IMG/VR virus record: IMGVR_UViG_3300037461_001289
Source: a virus
Direction: 5' to 3' (one strand)
DNA: 64,000 bases
Shown here: positions 1 through 7,823 of the stretch, in pieces
How the letters are laid out: every line of letters begins with the position of its first letter
Position numbering within the stretch: the first letter of the stretch is position 1
Program-made: the position numbers and the translations under genes
The notes under the pieces: generated by a model
Database searches by the model: none
Seen by the model: only the letters and a program-made list of their open reading frames with translations
Told to the model about the DNA's origin: nothing

Positions 1-1
1 G

Positions 2-574
2 TTTCACGCGACGTGGCTCCCCAAGACCGACTTCGCGACCGCGGCGCTGCCGCTGCCGGCGTACGACGTGATCGTATGCCTCGAGGTCCTCGAGCACGTC
101 GAGCCGCTCCACGCACTCCGCATGCTGCAGCGGATGCGCAGCCTCTTGCCGGTCGACGGCGTCGCGTTCGTCTCGACGCCGTGCTACGACGCGCACGTCG
201 GCGCCGCGGCCAACCACGTCAACGAGATGACGCACGCCGCGCTGCGCGGACTGCTCGGCCTCGCCGGGCTGCGCGTCGACGATGTCTGGGGGACGTTCGC
301 GTCGCAGAAGGACTATGTCGACCTCATCGAGCAGCACGTGCCGCGCGCGACGTGGGACCGGCTCGCGGCGTACTATGATTCGTCCGTGCTCGCGTGTGTG
401 CTCGCGCCGCTGTTCCCCGAGCGTGCGCGTAACTGCCTGTGGCGGCTCGGCCCCGCCGACGTGCTGACCGCGCCGGCCGACGCGGCGGCGTTCCTCGACC
501 CGAGCAGCTCGTCGAGCGCGCTGTGGGCCGCGCACGCGGCGCAGATCTACGACGAAGTAACACACGGATCATAA
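2..574 (+). CDS. Class I SAM-dependent methyltransferase, 5'-truncated by window edge
   Basis: Frame open from base 2; YDVIVCLEVLEHVEP and FVSTPCY motifs typical of Methyltransf_11/23-like proteins. Confidence 0.7.
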   Translation, partial: FHATWLPKTDFATAALPLPAYDVIVCLEVLEHVEPLHALRMLQRMRSLLPVDGVAFVSTPCYDAHVGAAANHVNEMTHAALRGLLGLAGLRVDDVWGTFASQKDYVDLIEQHVPRATWDRLAAYYDSSVLACVLAPLFPERARNCLWRLGPADVLTAPADAAAFLDPSSSSSALWAAHAAQIYDEVTHGS

Positions 575-588
575 CAGGGAGGACAGCG

Positions 589-966
589 ATGACACTGTAT
601 GAGCGCATCAAGAGTGGGTTCACAACGGCTGCGGTCGAAGCGCTAGACGATCTTATCACGTTAAGGTATGAGCGCGATCAAGCGGTTCAACTGGTCCACA
701 ACCGAAAGAAGTACGTGAGCTATGACAAGCTCCGTGTCGACTTGGAGAAGGTCGTCGCGTTGGCGCGCGCGAAGCCGTTGTTGAGCGTGGAGCAGATTAA
801 AAAGGAGTTGGAGAGTGAGCGCATCGTGTGGTACCAGGTTTGTTTGAGCTGCGTTGACCAGCTTGAGCTTCTGCCGAAGTTGCGCAAGTTGCACGGCTGC
901 GAGCTGAAGAAAGAAAAGCAGTACACGTGCGACATCAAGACGTGGGATGACGACAATGAGCTCTGA
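589..966 (+). CDS. Hypothetical protein, lower GC than neighbours
   Basis: SD GGAGG upstream of ATG 589; many A/T-ending codons. Confidence 0.6.
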   Translation: MTLYERIKSGFTTAAVEALDDLITLRYERDQAVQLVHNRKKYVSYDKLRVDLEKVVALARAKPLLSVEQIKKELESERIVWYQVCLSCVDQLELLPKLRKLHGCELKKEKQYTCDIKTWDDDNEL

Positions 967-1354
967 CCTGTTCAACGACGTGCACCAGCACTACCTCGAT
1001 CTCGGGTTCACCGAGCCCGATGCGACGCCGCGGCTGCTCGGGCCGTTGACCGCGTCGCAACGGTTGGCGTTCATGAAGGAGGAGCTGGATGAGTACGCCG
1101 ACGCGCTGCTGGCCGACGACATCGACGGGCAGGTCGACGCGCTGATCGATGAGGTCGTCGTCATCCTCGGAACGCTGTCGCTGATGGGTATGGGGCGAGC
1201 GTTTCCTGCCTGCTGGGACGAGGTCCTGCGGGCGAATCGCGCGAAGGTGCCGGGCGTCGGCAAACGCGGGATGGCGCAGGATTTGATAAAGCCCGACGGG
1301 TGGACGCCGCCGGACCACCTCACGATCTTGCGTCGGCACGGCTATGTCAAGTAG
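947..1354 (+). CDS. MazG/PRA-PH-like all-alpha nucleotide pyrophosphohydrolase
   Basis: EELDEY...DALIDEVVV...WDEVLRANRAK...DLIKPDGW pattern; nucleotide-metabolism context. Confidence 0.75.
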   Translation: MTTMSSDLFNDVHQHYLDLGFTEPDATPRLLGPLTASQRLAFMKEELDEYADALLADDIDGQVDALIDEVVVILGTLSLMGMGRAFPACWDEVLRANRAKVPGVGKRGMAQDLIKPDGWTPPDHLTILRRHGYVK

Positions 1355-3215
1355 GCCCACAGCAGTCGCGGCGCATGTCTTCGCCGGGGGGTTTAGCCTC
1401 GGCGTGCGCGACCGCTTCGACGTGCGCGCGCACCTCGAGACGTCGAGCTACGGTGGCGACACGTGTCGTCACAACTTCCCCGGCGTCGACGTGCGCGTCA
1501 GCCCGACGGGCGCGTGGCCGACTGACGACCTCGTCGGCGCCGACCTCGTGTTCAGCAATCCGCCGTGTGCGTTGTGGAGCAGCGCGGGCGCGCGCGGCGG
1601 CGTACGCAAGCGCGACTATGCCCTTGGCTACGACCCGCGCGACGGTCGCATCGCGCTCTTCCAACAGGCCTTTGGGCTCCTTGCGCGGCTGCGGCCGTGC
1701 GCGCTCGTCATCGAGAGCGTGCTGCAGTCGTGGGCACGCGGACGTCCGTTTCTCGATCCGCTCATCGCGGTGGCCGCCGCATGCGGCTACGGCTGCGACG
1801 TCGTCTTCCACGACGCCTACGACTGCGGCGCGCCGCAGCACCGCAAGCGTGTGGTCTACGTCTTCACACGTGTCGCCATCCCGTGGGCGCGGCCGGCCGT
1901 CTCCGGGCCGCGGACGGTCGGCGAAGCACTCGCCGGCGTCGACCCTGGTGACCGCCTTCAGCCGTTGCGGCCGTCGGAGGCCGAGTGCCTCGCGCGGACG
2001 CCGCCGGGCGGGAAGCTCAACGTCGCATACGACAGCATCTACGGTGACAGCCGGCTCGGCGAGCTGCGCCCGGGGCAGCGCGCGGGGAAGCCGAGCTTCC
2101 TTGACCTGCGGCTCGACCTCGCCAAGCCGGCGCCGACGTGCGTCGGCGGGTTCCACTACTACCACCCGACTGAGGCGCGGCATCTGACGATCCGTGAGAC
2201 GCAGGTGCTCTGCGGTTACCCGTCGACATACGAGTTCACCGACCGGCTCGACACGTGCTATCGTCAGATCGCCCAGGCGGTCATGCCGCCGGTCGGACGC
2301 TGGCTCGCGAACGTCATCGCCGACGCGCTCGACGCGAACGCGCCGCGCGGCACCGGCCTGCGCAGCTATGACCTCATCAACAACACGGCCGCGACGGTGA
2401 TCGCGGCGCCAACGCTTCACGAACAGGAGGGACCCGACATGACCAAGCTGGACCAGAACGTCGTCGACCGCGCGCTGCGTAAGGCCGTCGAGATGCGGCT
2501 GTGGCTGAACCACCGCAGCGCCGATGCTATCACCTACTTCTTGGGCAAGGCCGTCGACGCGTACGAGCGCGAGGCTCAGATGGGGTTCCGCGTGCTGCAG
2601 GACTACGACGAGCCCGAGGCGCCGTCTGCAGCCGTGTTGCCGTTCAACCCCGATCCGCCGACGGCCGCGGTGACGACGACGTTCACGCCGACCGTCGCTG
2701 CGCCGCTGTCTGCGCGCGTCGCCGCGCCGCCGCCCGCGCGCGTCGCTGCGCCGCCACCGACTGCGCCGCAGCCAGCGCCGCCGCCCGCCCGCGTCGTCGT
2801 GTCACCCCCGGCTGCGCCGCAGCCAGCGCTGCCGCCCGCGCGCGTCGCCGCGCCGCCGGCGTGGCCTGTCGCCGCCCCACCGGCGCCGGTGGCGTCGCCC
2901 GTCGAGGCCGCGCCTGCGAAGCCGCCCACGAAGCCGGCGCCGGAGCTGCCTGAGGTCTCCGCCGAGCTCGTCGAGTACTTCCGCCCGAAGGACGCGGCCG
3001 GCGCGACCAAGCCACGCGCGGCGGCCGAGCTGATCCGTACGATGCTTCAGATCGCCGACGAGGCGACGGGCACGTGTGCGTACACCGACCTCGAGATCGC
3101 GGCGACGGCGCGGGCCGCGTACCCCGACCTCGGCCCGCTCGTCTACAAGTACCCGGGCGAGGCGCGTTACCGGCTCAAGAAGCAGGGCCTCAACCCGCCG
3201 CCGCCACGCGTGTGA
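1344..3215 (+). CDS. DNA cytosine-5 methyltransferase with long Pro/Ala-rich C-terminal extension
   Basis: Motif I HVFAGGFS, catalytic NPPC, IESV (ENV variant), PQHRKRV, RHLTIRETQVLCGYP, QIAQAV. Confidence 0.85.
   Translation: MSSRPTAVAAHVFAGGFSLGVRDRFDVRAHLETSSYGGDTCRHNFPGVDVRVSPTGAWPTDDLVGADLVFSNPPCALWSSAGARGGVRKRDYALGYDPRDGRIALFQQAFGLLARLRPCALVIESVLQSWARGRPFLDPLIAVAAACGYGCDVVFHDAYDCGAPQHRKRVVYVFTRVAIPWARPAVSGPRTVGEALAGVDPGDRLQPLRPSEAECLARTPPGGKLNVAYDSIYGDSRLGELRPGQRAGKPSFLDLRLDLAKPAPTCVGGFHYYHPTEARHLTIRETQVLCGYPSTYEFTDRLDTCYRQIAQAVMPPVGRWLANVIADALDANAPRGTGLRSYDLINNTAATVIAAPTLHEQEGPDMTKLDQNVVDRALRKAVEMRLWLNHRSADAITYFLGKAVDAYEREAQMGFRVLQDYDEPEAPSAAVLPFNPDPPTAAVTTTFTPTVAAPLSARVAAPPPARVAAPPPTAPQPAPPPARVVVSPPAAPQPALPPARVAAPPAWPVAAPPAPVASPVEAAPAKPPTKPAPELPEVSAELVEYFRPKDAAGATKPRAAAELIRTMLQIADEATGTCAYTDLEIAATARAAYPDLGPLVYKYPGEARYRLKKQGLNPPPPRV
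2439..3215 (+). CDS. Probable in-frame nested protein (MTKLDQ...) translated from an internal start
   Basis: Strong SD CAGGAGG just upstream of in-frame ATG 2439, right after MTase motif X. Confidence 0.5.
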   Translation: MTKLDQNVVDRALRKAVEMRLWLNHRSADAITYFLGKAVDAYEREAQMGFRVLQDYDEPEAPSAAVLPFNPDPPTAAVTTTFTPTVAAPLSARVAAPPPARVAAPPPTAPQPAPPPARVVVSPPAAPQPALPPARVAAPPAWPVAAPPAPVASPVEAAPAKPPTKPAPELPEVSAELVEYFRPKDAAGATKPRAAAELIRTMLQIADEATGTCAYTDLEIAATARAAYPDLGPLVYKYPGEARYRLKKQGLNPPPPRV

Positions 3216-3270
3216 AACGCTTCAACAGCGTATTTTTTTGTTTACACCACACGCGCGGCGGGCGTAACGT
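3212..3270 (+). promoter_or_regulatory. Terminator/promoter cassette: small hairpin + T7 tract, then sigma70-like promoter
   Basis: ACGCT-loop-AGCGT then ATTTTTTT; TTTACA (3241-3246)-18-TAACGT (3265-3270); 33/35 identical to 63115-63149. Confidence 0.75.
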
Positions 3271-3311
3271 TAGCGAGCGACGGTCGAGGTACGACGGACA
3301 ACGAACGGAGG

Positions 3312-3932
3312 ATGACAGTGATGACAACGACTGCGGCAGCGGTGAAGATCAACAAGCATACGGACACCATCGAGCGGGAGGTCATCCTGTGCGGCACGCG
3401 CGACATCATGTTCGACCGGTACGCCGGCGACAACGACACGAAGCTGGAGCCGTGGCAGAAGCTCTACCTCGAACCCGGGGACAGTCGGGTTATTGGACTG
3501 CCGGCGGCGAACATCATGTCTGCGCTTTCGGCCCACAACACGAATTCGTTTCCGAAGCGCCTGCGGGACAAGCGCAAGTTCAAGGACATCTGCAACGCCT
3601 GCCTGTCGTTCGTTGAGATCGACCCACAGTTCATCCCGTTCCTGCGCGACGGGAAGCCCATCGTCTTCGGCAAGTTCAACAAGGACCACGACGCGACGAG
3701 CGGGACCTATGTGACGTACAACGTCGCGCGGCTCGACAAGGGCATCCCGAATCCGAAGGTGCGACCCGTGCTGCCGTTGCCCTGGGCGCTCACGTTCAAG
3801 CTGACCATCTACCCGAATAAGGAGATCCAAGAGCAGGAGATCATCAATCTATTCGAGGACGGCGGGCGCGCGGTGGGGCTCGGCACGTTCCGCGGGCTGT
3901 ACGGCAAGTTCATCGTCGAGAAGTGGGCCTAA
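3312..3932 (+). CDS. Stand-alone RAMP/Cas7-like protein (Vipr-like candidate RNA-guided effector)
   Basis: About 205 aa; N-terminal strand EVILCGTRDIMF, LPAANI, RPVLPLPWALTFKLTI and C-terminal Gly-rich loop GLGTFRGLYGKFIV; followed directly by GGY-NN arrays; start may be GTG 3318 or ATG 3321. Confidence 0.7.
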   Translation: MTVMTTTAAAVKINKHTDTIEREVILCGTRDIMFDRYAGDNDTKLEPWQKLYLEPGDSRVIGLPAANIMSALSAHNTNSFPKRLRDKRKFKDICNACLSFVEIDPQFIPFLRDGKPIVFGKFNKDHDATSGTYVTYNVARLDKGIPNPKVRPVLPLPWALTFKLTIYPNKEIQEQEIINLFEDGGRAVGLGTFRGLYGKFIVEKWA

Positions 3933-3939
3933 ACGATGC

Positions 3940-4024
3940 GGCCTGGCCCGGCGCGGCGCGGTTGGGCGGTGCCCGGCCGGGCGCGGCCTGGCCCGGCGCG
4001 GCGCGGCTCGGCACGGCGAGGCAA
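3940..4024 (+). ncRNA. GGY-NN pentamer array 1 (17 units), putative guide RNA
   Basis: GGCCT GGCCC GGCGC GGCGC GGTTG GGCGG TGCCC GGCCG GGCGC GGCCT GGCCC GGCGC GGCGC GGCTC GGCAC GGCGA GGCAA; 16/17 units start GGY; ncRNA role is inferred. Confidence 0.75.
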
Positions 4025-4075
4025 GGGCTGTCCATGACCGTTGAGATTGAACGTCTGAGCGGTCAGCCATTATGC

Positions 4076-4185
4076 GGCGGGGTACGGCGAGGCACGGCGA
4101 GGTCGAGCACGGCAAGGCGCGGCGCGGTCGGGCCCGGCGAGGCGAGGTCGGGCGTGGCGGGGTAGGGCCGGGCGCGGCGAGGCAA
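4076..4185 (+). ncRNA. GGY-NN pentamer array 2 (22 units), putative guide RNA
   Basis: Exact 5-nt period, 21/22 units start GGY (one AGCAC); same ATGC lead-in and GGCGA GGCAA GGG end as array 1. Confidence 0.75.
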
Positions 4186-4213
4186 GGGTTATTTAGACGA
4201 CGCGGAGGATGTC

Positions 4214-5134
4214 ATGACGTCCAAGCGGTTGTGGGTCCTCGAAGGCCCCGACGGCGGCGGGAAGTCGACGCTCGCCGTCGATCTGGCGGCGCGGACCGGG
4301 GCGGACGTCGTCCACTGCGGGCCGTTCCCCCAGGTCCACCACGGCCTGGGGCGGCTGTACGTCGAGGCGATGTTGCCCGCGCTCTTGGGTCACCGCGACG
4401 TCATCCTGGACCGCTCGTGGCTGTCGGAGCCGGTCTACGCCGCGGCGCGGCGACACCAGCCGTCACGGCTCACCGCCGTCGACCTCAGGATGCTCGAGCG
4501 CGTCGCGGCGCGCTGTCAGACGACGGTGGTGCGGTGCCTGCCGCCGCTCGCGACGTGCGCGACGGCCTACGCGGCGCGCAAGGACCTTGAGTACCTCAAG
4601 AGCGCTGACGAGCTGGCCGAGGTCTGGGGGCTGTACGCCGTCGGGCTGCGGACCGGGCTGCCGACCGTCGACTACGACTTCACGGCCGAGGGCCCGCTTG
4701 TCCCGGGGCTGGTCACCGCGACGACGGCTGCCCACCAGCTCGGCACCGCGAGCGCCGGCTACCTCGATGCCCCGGTGCTCCTCGTCGGCGAGGCGTTCGC
4801 GGCACATAAGGAGCAGGACCCGCTCCACCAGGCGCCCTTCGTCAGCTTCGGGGCCGGCGGCTGCGCGCAGTGGTTGACGGCGCAGCTCGAGCGCGCCGGC
4901 GTCCCCGAGCGCCAGCTGCTGTGGGTCAACGCCGACCAGAACCTCGCTGCGGTGCTCTTCAACGCGCGGCCCAAGGTCGTCGTCGCGCTCGGTGAGGCCG
5001 CGGCGATGGCGGTCGCGGCGGCAGTTCCGGCGGGCGTCGCGGTGGCCTGCGTCGCGCATCCGCAGCACGCGAAGCGGTTTCACCACCGCGCGTCGTATGA
5101 GCTGATCACGGTGCTCAAGGAGGCGTTGTCATGA
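4214..5134 (+). CDS. Thymidylate/dNMP kinase fused to a UDG-superfamily-like domain
   Basis: P-loop LEGPDGGGKST and DRSWLSEPVY; C-terminal LLVGEAF...WVNA...VVALGEAA...HPQH. Confidence 0.75.
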   Translation: MTSKRLWVLEGPDGGGKSTLAVDLAARTGADVVHCGPFPQVHHGLGRLYVEAMLPALLGHRDVILDRSWLSEPVYAAARRHQPSRLTAVDLRMLERVAARCQTTVVRCLPPLATCATAYAARKDLEYLKSADELAEVWGLYAVGLRTGLPTVDYDFTAEGPLVPGLVTATTAAHQLGTASAGYLDAPVLLVGEAFAAHKEQDPLHQAPFVSFGAGGCAQWLTAQLERAGVPERQLLWVNADQNLAAVLFNARPKVVVALGEAAAMAVAAAVPAGVAVACVAHPQHAKRFHHRASYELITVLKEALS

Positions 5135-5964
5135 GCGTCTGCGGGGTCCAACCTGGCGACCCGGCCTCGGCCGGCGAACTGGCCTGGCGACGGGCGTTGC
5201 ACCGCGTCATCACCGAGGGCGCGACGGTCGCCCCGCGCGGGCAGACGACCTACGAGCTGCTGGCGCACACCGTGTCGTGCGACCTCGCCCGCGCCGTCGT
5301 GACGTCGCCGGCGCGGAAGCTCAACTACAAGTTCATGTGCGCTGAGGCGCTGTGGATCCTCGACGGGCTGAACACCTTGGCGCCGCTGACGCGCTTCGTC
5401 GCACGGATGAAGGACTTCAGCGACGACGGCGAGACGTTGGCCGGCGCCTACGGCCCGCGGCTCGTGCCGCAGCTGCCGTATGTCGTCAACGCGCTCGTCC
5501 GGGACCGCGAGACGCGGCAGGCGGTCGCGTCGATCTGGACCCCGTCGCCGGCGCCGTCGAAGGACGTTCCATGCACGTTGGCCGTGACGTTCAGCGTGCG
5601 GAACGGGCTGCTCTACCAGCACGTGATGATGCGCTCGAGCGATCTGTGGTTGGGGATCCCGTACGACCTCTTCAGCTTCTCGTGCTGGGGCGTCTACGTC
5701 GCGTGCGCGTTCAACTCACGGCTCGCGGCGGCGAGGTATGACGGGCCCATCGGCCTCGGGGCGCTGACCGTGACCGCGTCGTCGAGCCACCTGTACCACC
5801 GCGACCTCGCCGCGGCCCAGGCGGTGCTGCAGACGACGCCGGCGGCGCCCGTCGCGCCCTGCCCCGATGAGCTGGTACGCACCGGCGCTTGGAAGGCGAT
5901 CCGCGCTGACCTGATCGAGCAGCGCGAAGGACATCCGGCGTTGGCATGGCAGGTCGTGCCGTGA
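5131..5964 (+). CDS. Thymidylate synthase-family enzyme, Asp-type (putative dCMP hydroxymethylase/methylase)
   Basis: GAYGPRL, TRQAV, catalytic VPCT, MRSSDLWLGIPYD (Asp where ThyA has Asn). Confidence 0.8.
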   Translation: MSVCGVQPGDPASAGELAWRRALHRVITEGATVAPRGQTTYELLAHTVSCDLARAVVTSPARKLNYKFMCAEALWILDGLNTLAPLTRFVARMKDFSDDGETLAGAYGPRLVPQLPYVVNALVRDRETRQAVASIWTPSPAPSKDVPCTLAVTFSVRNGLLYQHVMMRSSDLWLGIPYDLFSFSCWGVYVACAFNSRLAAARYDGPIGLGALTVTASSSHLYHRDLAAAQAVLQTTPAAPVAPCPDELVRTGAWKAIRADLIEQREGHPALAWQVVP

Positions 5965-6458
5965 GCCCCACCTACGTCGTCGCCTCCGACCAGGAGCGCC
6001 GCACGCCACCGTGGCTGTACCGCGCGTGCTGCGACCTCCTCGGGGTAGCGGTGTGTCGGCTCGACGCGTTCGCGTGGGGCGAGAACGCGCTGTGTGAGCG
6101 CTACTACAGCGAGCTCGACGACGGGCTCGCGCAACCTTGGCTTGATCGTAGCTTTGCAAATCCGCCTTTCAAGCTGATGGCGCGGGTCGTCGACAAGGCC
6201 GTCGCGGAGCTGCGGGTCAACGGGGTCAGGTCAGCGCTCGTCGGGCCGGCGGGCTGCAGCCAGGTCTGGTTTCATCGTTTGTGGCCGTACGCGACGGTCT
6301 ACCTGCCCGACCAACGCCTCGTCTACCTCGACCACGACGGGCGGCCGACGCGCGGCGCGATGCAGGACAGCGCGGTGTACATCGTCAACAACTTGCAGCC
6401 GCGCGAACGTCCGGAGGTCTTCGTGCTGCACGTCGACGACTGGTTGGAGACGGCGTGA
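5961..6458 (+). CDS. Phage Dam-like DNA N6-adenine methyltransferase
   Basis: RRTPPWLY, LDAFA, GLAQPW, FANPPF; GTGA overlap with previous stop. Confidence 0.8.
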   Translation: MSPTYVVASDQERRTPPWLYRACCDLLGVAVCRLDAFAWGENALCERYYSELDDGLAQPWLDRSFANPPFKLMARVVDKAVAELRVNGVRSALVGPAGCSQVWFHRLWPYATVYLPDQRLVYLDHDGRPTRGAMQDSAVYIVNNLQPRERPEVFVLHVDDWLETA

Positions 6459-6769
6459 TGCCGCACGAGGGGTCGAAGGCGAAGCGCGTGCTCGACCAGG
6501 TGCGGGCGCTGCTCGGCGTGTCGACGGCCGGGCCGGCGTGCCTGACGTGCGGGGCTGTGACGCCGTGTCAGGTATGCGGTGGCAAGCAGGTGCGCGCGGA
6601 GAACCTCATCCGCGCGCTGCGCGAGGTGCTACGCGAGACCCCGGGCGACGGGCTCGGCCCGGGCTGGGGGCGGGAAAACCAGCAGCTGGAGGAGCAGCGG
6701 GCGGGGACGTTCGCGGCGACGACGTTGGCGTTGAGCGGCCGGAAGTTCAGCGGAAACGAGAGTGATTGA
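6458..6769 (+). CDS. Hypothetical protein with CxxC...CxxC zinc ribbon
   Basis: CLTC and CQVC; TGATG coupling at both ends. Confidence 0.6.
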   Translation: MPHEGSKAKRVLDQVRALLGVSTAGPACLTCGAVTPCQVCGGKQVRAENLIRALREVLRETPGDGLGPGWGRENQQLEEQRAGTFAATTLALSGRKFSGNESD

Positions 6770-7203
6770 TGAGACCGACGCGAAATGAGTGGCTGCTCGA
6801 CATGGCCGCGCTGGTCGCGCGGCGGTCGACCTGCGCCCGGCGCAGCGTCGGCTGCGTGCTCGTCGACGTCCGCGGACACGTATTGTCCACTGGCTACAAT
6901 GGCCGGCCGCGGGGCTTCGCCCACTGCAACGAGGGCGCGCCGTGCCCCGGCGTCGGCGCGCCGACGGGGTCCGACCTCGATCTGTGCGAGTCGGTCCACG
7001 CGGAGCAAAATGCGCTCTTGCAGTGCCGCGACGTCGAGTTGATCGAGGTCTGCTACGTGACCGTCTCGCCGTGCCTGACGTGCGTCAAGCTGCTGCTCAA
7101 CACGTCGTGTCGGCGGGTCGTCGCGGCGGCGCCGTACGCGCACGAGGCCGCCGCCCGCGAGCTGTGGACGCGCGGTGGACGCCGTTGGGAGGTGCCGACG
7201 TGA
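6769..7203 (+). CDS. dCMP deaminase
   Basis: STCARRSVGCVL, GYNG, HAEQNA and SPCLTC zinc ligands. Confidence 0.92.
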   Translation: MRPTRNEWLLDMAALVARRSTCARRSVGCVLVDVRGHVLSTGYNGRPRGFAHCNEGAPCPGVGAPTGSDLDLCESVHAEQNALLQCRDVELIEVCYVTVSPCLTCVKLLLNTSCRRVVAAAPYAHEAAARELWTRGGRRWEVPT

Positions 7204-7823
7204 CGAAGCGGCCGGGGGCAAGGCGTCAGAAGATCGTTGAAAGGTGCCCTAGCTGGCTGGAGCCGGTCGAGCCCGTCACACCGTTTGTGACGAGCGTCGG
7301 GCAGGCGCGGACGGTCCTGGCGACGTTGTCGGCGCATATCGGCGATGCCCTCGAGCAGCGTGACGCCCTGCTCGACTACTTGGCGGCGCACGGTTCAGCG
7401 CCAGCCAAGCGTGAGCGGCTGCCGGGGCCGCCGTACGCGGCGGAGCAGGTTACGACGCGGCGGTCGCGGGTCTGCAAGCTGCGCATCGGCGCGAAAGGCG
7501 CGCCGGGGTACGTCAGCTGCCACCTGTTCCTGGGGTTCTATCCCGACGGGCGGCTCGGCGAGCTGTTCGTGCAGCTCGGGCGCGAGCACCGCAGCGACCT
7601 CGCTGGTGGCGGGTTCCACTGGGGCGCGAAGATGGCGTCGCTCGCGCTGCAGCACGGCGCTACGGTCGAGTCGGTGCTGCGCCAGATGCGCTACGACCGC
7701 GACGCCTCGGGCGGACGGCCGCACGGTGCTGACGGGCCGCTCAAGACGTTGACCGGGGTGACATCGTTGACCGACTACCTCGGGTTGGTGATCGAGCGGG
7801 TGCTGGCGGAGTCGAAGGCGTGA
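7200..7823 (+). CDS. TSCPD-domain protein (class II ribonucleotide reductase C-terminal-like)
   Basis: GFYPDGRLGELFV...SLALQHGATVESVL...VTSLTDYLG; GTGA coupling. Confidence 0.65.
   Translation: MTKRPGARRQKIVERCPSWLEPVEPVTPFVTSVGQARTVLATLSAHIGDALEQRDALLDYLAAHGSAPAKRERLPGPPYAAEQVTTRRSRVCKLRIGAKGAPGYVSCHLFLGFYPDGRLGELFVQLGREHRSDLAGGGFHWGAKMASLALQHGATVESVLRQMRYDRDASGGRPHGADGPLKTLTGVTSLTDYLGLVIERVLAESKA

Noticed and set aside
2640-2950. Tandem DNA repeats as a regulatory array
   Set aside because: In-frame coding repeats (ARVAAPPP) of a Pro/Ala linker.
3923-4165. ORF MGLNDAAWPGAARLGG... and other frames over the arrays as real proteins
   Set aside because: The repeat unit is 5 nt, not a codon multiple; all frames give similar low-complexity text; there is no SD and it overlaps the RAMP stop.
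3940-4185. Classical CRISPR or TIGR-type array
   Set aside because: No 23-50-nt repeats with unique spacers and no box-like dual repeats; the periodicity is a 5-nt GGY-NN.
4214-4270. P-loop as a packaging ATPase or terminase
   Set aside because: Context and the DRSW motif identify a dNMP kinase; the other Walker A motifs belong to VirE and SNF2.
5131-5964. Calling this gene thyA
   Set aside because: Asp replaces the dUMP-specifying Asn and ThyX is already present.
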